Assembly: GCA_002869225.1 (NCBI GenBank)
Contig: PKTG01000122.1
Coordinates: 32,071-96,070, forward strand
Source: Candidatus Muiribacterium halophilum
Lineage (GTDB): Bacteria > Muiribacteriota > Muiribacteriia > Muiribacteriales > Muiribacteriaceae
Length of the DNA: 64,000 bases
Reading direction: 5' to 3'
Below are positions 59,003 through 64,000 of this stretch, piece by piece. Positions within the stretch are counted from its first letter, which is position 1. Each line of letters opens with the position of its first letter. The position numbers and the translations under genes were made by a program. The notes under the pieces were generated by a model. That model saw only the letters and a list, made by a program, of their open reading frames with translations. It had not been told where the DNA came from and made no database searches.

Positions 59003-60640
59003 ATGAAAAAAATTATTTTAATTGTATTATTCGCACTAACATTCACGCTTTGTGTTAACGCAAATGGCTTCAGTGATGTACCTAAAGACCACTGGGCTTA
59101 TGATTCTGTCAATATGCTTTATGAGAAAGGAATACTTAAAGGTGATAAGTTTGCAGGTGACGAGATAGCAACAAGATTTTATTTTGCAGCGGTACTTGCT
59201 AGATTAATGGAATCTCTTAAGACAGGACAGCTTCAGGTATCTGATATATCCTATGAGGATTATGAAAGAGTAAACCGGCTTTCTGTTGAGTTTGCTAACG
59301 AACTCAATGTATTTGGATACAGACTCAAAAGAATCAGAAATATGTTGGATGATATCAGAGAAAAAGTAGATGTTTTGAAAAAAGATAAAAAAGTAAATGG
59401 ACCTGTTATAACATGGAAAGTTACCGGTGATCTTAGATTAAGAAACTCTATTCATGGTGTTAATTATGCTTATGATGATGGTTCAATAGCAGGAGCAAAT
59501 GACACTAATTTTATAGAACAGACTTTTGGTATGAACTTTAATCTTAAGATAGGGGAGAACCTTACCTATATAAACAGATGGGAAAATGTATGGTATCATA
59601 ATCCTGTAATAAACGGTTCTGCTGGTGCGGATTGGCCTGCAAATCAAACTATATCTCTTGGTTATTTTAACTATGATGGACCATCATATAGTTTTTCAGG
59701 TGGTAGACAGTTTTTTAATGTAGCGAATGCACTATTTTTCTCGGATAAGGATAATGGTTTTAAATATACCAAGATGCTTTCCGAGGATTCAGATATTGTT
59801 CTTGCTGCTACTAAAGAAAGTCTTACAGACAGCAATTCTTCTCTTAATACATTTGTTGTAAACTATCTAAAATATCTTGAAACCGGTGTTCTGAATACTT
59901 ATACTGTATTTTCAAATAACCCTTTGTGGCAGACAGCAAGTGCTTCAATATCTGGAAATACAAATTCATCATCCTCTGTTAACTATTATGGTATTGCATA
60001 TAAAGATGATTCAAGGATGGAAGAAAAGTATTTCCTTGAACTATCAGCTTTTTCATATGCTGATACTGTAAGCGATTTTGCGACTAACGGAGCAACAGGA
60101 GCGGATATCGGTACTCAGATGGCTTATCAGTTAGGATATACAAAAATGCTTAATCCAATGACTGATATAAGATTTATATATACACATCAGGATGACTTTT
60201 ATAAACCGCTTAAAAAAGATGCAACAATAACAATGCCAGATTATGATGATCTTGGTTTTGGTACTGCTTTGAATCTTTCCGGTGGCTTTAACTCATATTA
60301 TATTAGGGTTGAGAACTATCTTAGAGGCAATGCATCACTTGTCTATTCGCTTGAGATGATTGCGGATGATAGTACTCTTGCTAATGGTCAGATAGCTGAT
60401 GATAGAATGGTATATGGCGTTAAATACGATAAAAACATAAGTGGAGCGGTTCTTTCACTTGAATATAAGATGGTTGATGCTGAAAAAGATTCAGCTACAG
60501 CTGATGTAAGGACAAACGGATTTGGTACAGATATTCTTACAGGCGGACTTAGTGGGAACAACGGTCCTTCTGTGGAGACAGATGCAAGAGATCCTTATGA
60601 TGAATACTCATTCATAATGACATTGACTCATGCTTTTTAA
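59003..60640 (+). CDS. SLH-domain outer-membrane porin (OmpM/Mep45-type: SLH + coiled coil + beta-barrel)
   Basis: GGAG RBS and a signal peptide. SLH motif FSDVPKDHWAYDSVNMLYEKGILKGD. A short coiled coil, then alternating beta-strand pattern ending ...FIMTLTHAF. Confidence 0.7.
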   Translation: MKKIILIVLFALTFTLCVNANGFSDVPKDHWAYDSVNMLYEKGILKGDKFAGDEIATRFYFAAVLARLMESLKTGQLQVSDISYEDYERVNRLSVEFANELNVFGYRLKRIRNMLDDIREKVDVLKKDKKVNGPVITWKVTGDLRLRNSIHGVNYAYDDGSIAGANDTNFIEQTFGMNFNLKIGENLTYINRWENVWYHNPVINGSAGADWPANQTISLGYFNYDGPSYSFSGGRQFFNVANALFFSDKDNGFKYTKMLSEDSDIVLAATKESLTDSNSSLNTFVVNYLKYLETGVLNTYTVFSNNPLWQTASASISGNTNSSSSVNYYGIAYKDDSRMEEKYFLELSAFSYADTVSDFATNGATGADIGTQMAYQLGYTKMLNPMTDIRFIYTHQDDFYKPLKKDATITMPDYDDLGFGTALNLSGGFNSYYIRVENYLRGNASLVYSLEMIADDSTLANGQIADDRMVYGVKYDKNISGAVLSLEYKMVDAEKDSATADVRTNGFGTDILTGGLSGNNGPSVETDARDPYDEYSFIMTLTHAF

Positions 60641-60669
60641 TTAATAGTTAGTTATTATAAATAAAAAAA

Positions 60670-60697
60670 GCGAACCAAATTGGTTCGCTTTTTTTTT
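60670..60697. terminator. Bidirectional rho-independent terminator
   Basis: Perfect 8-bp stem GCGAACCA/TGGTTCGC with a 3-nt loop, flanked by A7 upstream and T9 downstream. Lies between convergent genes. Confidence 0.85.
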
Positions 60698-60710
60698 ATT
60701 ACCCTCTCTC

Positions 60711-61823
60711 TCAGCATAACCCTTTTAATATAATATCAATAGCTTTTTCTTTATCTTTTATAAGTGATGCAGGTATTTCCTGACCGTGAGCAAAACATAC
60801 CAACGGTTTGTTGTTGTATGAAAGAATATTGTATATGTTTCCATATGAGAATGTCTCATCTATCTTTGTGAAGGAATAGCCGTCAAAACCTATTTTTTCA
60901 AAGAAGTCGACTTTTTCTTTTAATTCTCTATATCTGCCGTTAGAATCAAGAACTAGTATTTTTTTACATTTAAGTTCCGTTGGTATAAAGGAGGTAGAAT
61001 GTTCTTCGTCTAATTCAAATCCTGGAGTGTCGATAAAGATAAGATCATAAATTTTCCTGTTTTCTTCAACGATCTTAATCAATTCATCAGAATCATGAAC
61101 CTTAATTGATTTTATATTTACGACTTTACAATGTGAATCCAACTGATAAAAACCTGCTTCTTTATAGGTGTCAAAAGAAATATTCAGAATGTTAAGGTTA
61201 TATCTTAATTTCAGAGTTATTGCGAGTTTTGATATTGTTGAAGTCTTACCGGAACCGGCTTCTCCTGTAAATACGTATACGTTATACTCGGTATCAAGAT
61301 CTTTAAAGTTTATAAGATTAGATAGCTGTTCTCTAAGGTGTTCCTCAGGAACAACATTGACATCTGTCTTTGACAGACCATGTATAAATTTTCCTGCGAG
61401 AATTTCAGTAATATCGTTTTCTACCATTCTTCTATAAAAGTTGTTCAGATCTTTTGAACCGAACTCAAAAACGTCTTCTGGTGATTCTATATCTTTATTA
61501 TCTTTTCCGGACAGACAGGATAGCATGTTCTTTATATCATCCAGTTGACTGTAAAGGTTTGAAACAAGATCGTTTTTTTCGAAACAAGCTGTAGAATTTG
61601 TATTAACAGATATATCTTTTTTCTTTATCTTAGGAATATCATCTAATGATTGATCAGTTGCTGTTAATTTTATCTTGTTGCCGCTGAAATGTTGAAGCAT
61701 AGAATCGTTTTCGCCAAGAATTTCTTTTTTTATTATATAAGCTTCGTCACCAAGTTCTTCGCGAATTCTTTGTAGACCTTCTTTCATGTTTGAGACAATA
61801 AATGTTTTTTCCAAGATTGACAC
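60711..61823 (-). CDS. flhF: FlhF-type SRP-family GTPase (start uncertain: GTG 61823 or TTG 61814)
   Basis: B-domain-like N-terminus (MKEGLQRIREELGDEAYII), G1 GEAGSGKTST, G3 IDTPG, G4 TKIDET. Confidence 0.75.
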   Translation of the reverse strand: MSILEKTFIVSNMKEGLQRIREELGDEAYIIKKEILGENDSMLQHFSGNKIKLTATDQSLDDIPKIKKKDISVNTNSTACFEKNDLVSNLYSQLDDIKNMLSCLSGKDNKDIESPEDVFEFGSKDLNNFYRRMVENDITEILAGKFIHGLSKTDVNVVPEEHLREQLSNLINFKDLDTEYNVYVFTGEAGSGKTSTISKLAITLKLRYNLNILNISFDTYKEAGFYQLDSHCKVVNIKSIKVHDSDELIKIVEENRKIYDLIFIDTPGFELDEEHSTSFIPTELKCKKILVLDSNGRYRELKEKVDFFEKIGFDGYSFTKIDETFSYGNIYNILSYNNKPLVCFAHGQEIPASLIKDKEKAIDIILKGLC

Positions 61824-61963
61824 CCCTCTAAATTGTTTTTTTTATTATTAGATAGGGTTCCTGAACTGTGCCTTGATTTTTTTATTATAGAAATAATTTA
61901 TATTAAAAAAAGGAGTATTTCAAGAAAAATATTTTATAAAAGATTTTACCTGTGACCCGGGAT

Positions 61964-62464
61964 TTATTCTTGTTCTTTATCGGTAAGTTTTTGTATTTTT
62001 TCCATTGCTTTTCGTATAGTCGTTTTTGCTTGAAATATCGACAATTTTTCAATGTCATCTTTAGCGCTTTTGTATGATCTTACAATATCTTCATAAACAT
62101 TGAATTTTTTTAATGTTTCTATGTTTATTGTTATGATCTGGGAAAGTTGAGTTAGTGCATCGCTGGCAGTTTTCTTTTCTTTTTGCAAGATGTAGATCTC
62201 ATTTTCAATCTTTATATATAATAGTTCTAGTGAAAGTAAATAATTTTGAGCTTTTTCATCTTTGTTTTCTGATATGCATTGTTTGGATCTTTTTAACATA
62301 TAGCTGAATTTATTTTTATTGTTAACTGATAAGTTCTTAATTGATTGATTAAATTTTTCGTATTTTAATATTTTGTTGTTTTCATAATTGAAAGAAGACG
62401 AGTTAGTTGTAATAAATAGATATAATATCGTTAAAATGAAAAAGATTTTACCAGTTTTTCGCAT
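61964..62464 (-). CDS. Secreted helical protein of unknown function
   Basis: Signal peptide, then heptad-like Lys/Glu-rich sequence. Confidence 0.4.
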   Translation of the reverse strand: MRKTGKIFFILTILYLFITTNSSSFNYENNKILKYEKFNQSIKNLSVNNKNKFSYMLKRSKQCISENKDEKAQNYLLSLELLYIKIENEIYILQKEKKTASDALTQLSQIITINIETLKKFNVYEDIVRSYKSAKDDIEKLSIFQAKTTIRKAMEKIQKLTDKEQE

Positions 62465-63998
62465 AATAGGCTCCTATGTCGTATTGAACCGTCTTTGGAT
62501 CCCTTCCTGTTATATCGTACCTTTTGTCGAGTGCGGAGTAGGAAAGGGTGTAGTTGCCAATATTGAGGTCTATATCTTTTTTAAAAAAATGGAAGTTGGA
62601 ATAGACGGTATCCTGATTCCAAAAAGATTTTTCTCCTGTTGTTATATCTATGGTCAGATTAGAGTTGAGATTGAAGTATCTAGTGGTGGAAAGGTTTATA
62701 AATTTTTTTCTAAAATCATTTTTGATACCTGGAAGCTGTTCAATGGAGAGTGGTGTAAAATCTTCAAATGACATATGGAAGAAAATATCGAAAAAATTTA
62801 AAGTGTCCCACAATCTTGTAAATGATATCTTTTTCACATCATAAGAATAATCAAAAGGAATCTCCTTGTCTGCTTTGTATCTTGAGTTTGTTAATTTTAA
62901 AGAATAAATAGAGTTTTTAAGATGTAAAGTCAGAGTGAGATCATTGGATAAGAAATCTCCTGAGTAAAGGTTGACATCTTTCGTGTCTATCTGTTCTTTT
63001 AAAAAGCTTTCGTCTATCTGTAGGTTGTTAAAGAATTTACCGAAAATCGTTTTTGAAAAATTAAACTTAATTGAATTTCTGTTTTCGGTTTTTGCCAGAA
63101 AACTCTCTATATCCTTTCTGGAAGTCGTTAAAGAAAATGAAGAATTTTGATGGACGTTGCTCGTGTCGTACAAAGAAAGGCTTGCGAATGTCTTTTTATA
63201 ACCGGTGAAATAATAGCTGGAGGAGTCGTCGTTGAATTTTTTTGAATTTTTTAAAATCAAACTACCTTTAAGGGCTTCGGAAAATTCTTTGTAATATTCT
63301 GATGTTGTCTTAAATATTGAAAAAGAGTTTTTCCCTTTTTCTTCGTCTTCGTAGCGTATATAATTAATCTGACTTTTCTTAGACGATGTATTTTTTAAGG
63401 TCAATATTGTGTTTGCGGTTGAAAAAAGATCATTTGCATAATAATTGAACTTAAGAGGGGTGTTTCTTAATTTAAACATTGTACCGATATTTAAGTGTAA
63501 ATTGTTGTATTCTTCTTTTGAATTAAGACCTTCCCAGGTCTCTTTTTGAAGTTTCCATGAGAAGGTAGAGGATAGAGAAGAGTCCTTGGTTTTAAAGAGT
63601 TGTCTTGGTTTATTATATATTCCTATCTTTTTTCTTTTTAATACTATGTTCTTTCTTTTGATTCTTCCTGTTTTTTGTCTGTGCAGTGCTAAGCGGTTTT
63701 TTAATTGTTCTAAAATATTTCCGTACATAAATTCTATTTGGGTTGAAAATTCAGGTATTAGATCTTCTAATATATTTAAAATATCATCCGGTATTTTTTT
63801 AGGGAAATCTTTTGTCTTATTTATTATTTCTACAAGTAGCATAGTGAATCTGTAAGATGATAAAGTCTTAGTCCTGTTATAAGATAAAATCTCCGGTGTC
63901 TTATTGTTGATGATAAACCAATCCAGGGCTTTGTATCCGATATTATCCCTTGGTACATCATCTGTTAGAAAAGAGGAGTTTCCATAGCTGATTGTCGT
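62448..63998 (-). CDS. Probable outer-membrane beta-barrel protein, 5'-truncated by the window edge
   Basis: The frame stays open from 63998 down through the track ORF (62448..63842). Alternating-hydrophobic strands and a C-terminal ...IGAYYAKNW. Confidence 0.45.
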   Translation of the reverse strand, partial: TTISYGNSSFLTDDVPRDNIGYKALDWFIINNKTPEILSYNRTKTLSSYRFTMLLVEIINKTKDFPKKIPDDILNILEDLIPEFSTQIEFMYGNILEQLKNRLALHRQKTGRIKRKNIVLKRKKIGIYNKPRQLFKTKDSSLSSTFSWKLQKETWEGLNSKEEYNNLHLNIGTMFKLRNTPLKFNYYANDLFSTANTILTLKNTSSKKSQINYIRYEDEEKGKNSFSIFKTTSEYYKEFSEALKGSLILKNSKKFNDDSSSYYFTGYKKTFASLSLYDTSNVHQNSSFSLTTSRKDIESFLAKTENRNSIKFNFSKTIFGKFFNNLQIDESFLKEQIDTKDVNLYSGDFLSNDLTLTLHLKNSIYSLKLTNSRYKADKEIPFDYSYDVKKISFTRLWDTLNFFDIFFHMSFEDFTPLSIEQLPGIKNDFRKKFINLSTTRYFNLNSNLTIDITTGEKSFWNQDTVYSNFHFFKKDIDLNIGNYTLSYSALDKRYDITGRDPKTVQYDIGAYYAKNW

Positions 63999-64000
63999 TA

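Overview
This is an AT-rich bacterial chromosomal window, roughly 30% GC by eye (nothing was computed). The organism is diderm: the window carries the lipid A genes lpxI-lpxB and msbA, an ExbB-ExbD-TonB system and an SLH-domain OmpM-type porin. I count about 58 protein genes and see no rRNA, tRNA, CRISPR array, transposase or integrase.

Layout:
- 1-24.6 kb is mostly housekeeping and almost all on the + strand. It holds the tail of a pel operon (pelE-like, pelF, pelG), holB, a PSP1/RicT-like gene, a fused lpxI-lpxB, msbA, pyrG, a TonB system, two radical-SAM genes, iorAB and nupC.
- 24.6-46.5 kb is visibly more AT-rich and looks accessory. A PqqD-like gene abuts a hybrid histidine kinase / Hpt / CheY phosphorelay. 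Next comes a compact lasso-peptide-type RiPP cluster: a mini B2-like peptidase, an Asn-synthetase-like cyclase, a 46-aa precursor at 31898-32038 that is missing from the ORF track, an HprK-like kinase and a PF14907-like nucleotidyltransferase. A heparinase II/III-like gene follows, then a minus-strand Wza/Wzc exopolysaccharide locus ending in a GGDEF cyclase.
- 46.5-64 kb holds pyrBI, a CDF transporter, a GIY-YIG/DUF123 gene, a permease plus B12-type radical SAM, a block of secreted / lipoprotein / OmpM-like envelope genes, and an flhF without flagellar neighbours.

The most striking signal beyond the gene content is that six otherwise intact, conserved genes each carry a single in-frame stop codon (5 TAA, 1 TGA). 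One or two probable frameshifts add to this.

All functional calls come from motif recognition by eye. No database search or computation was possible.
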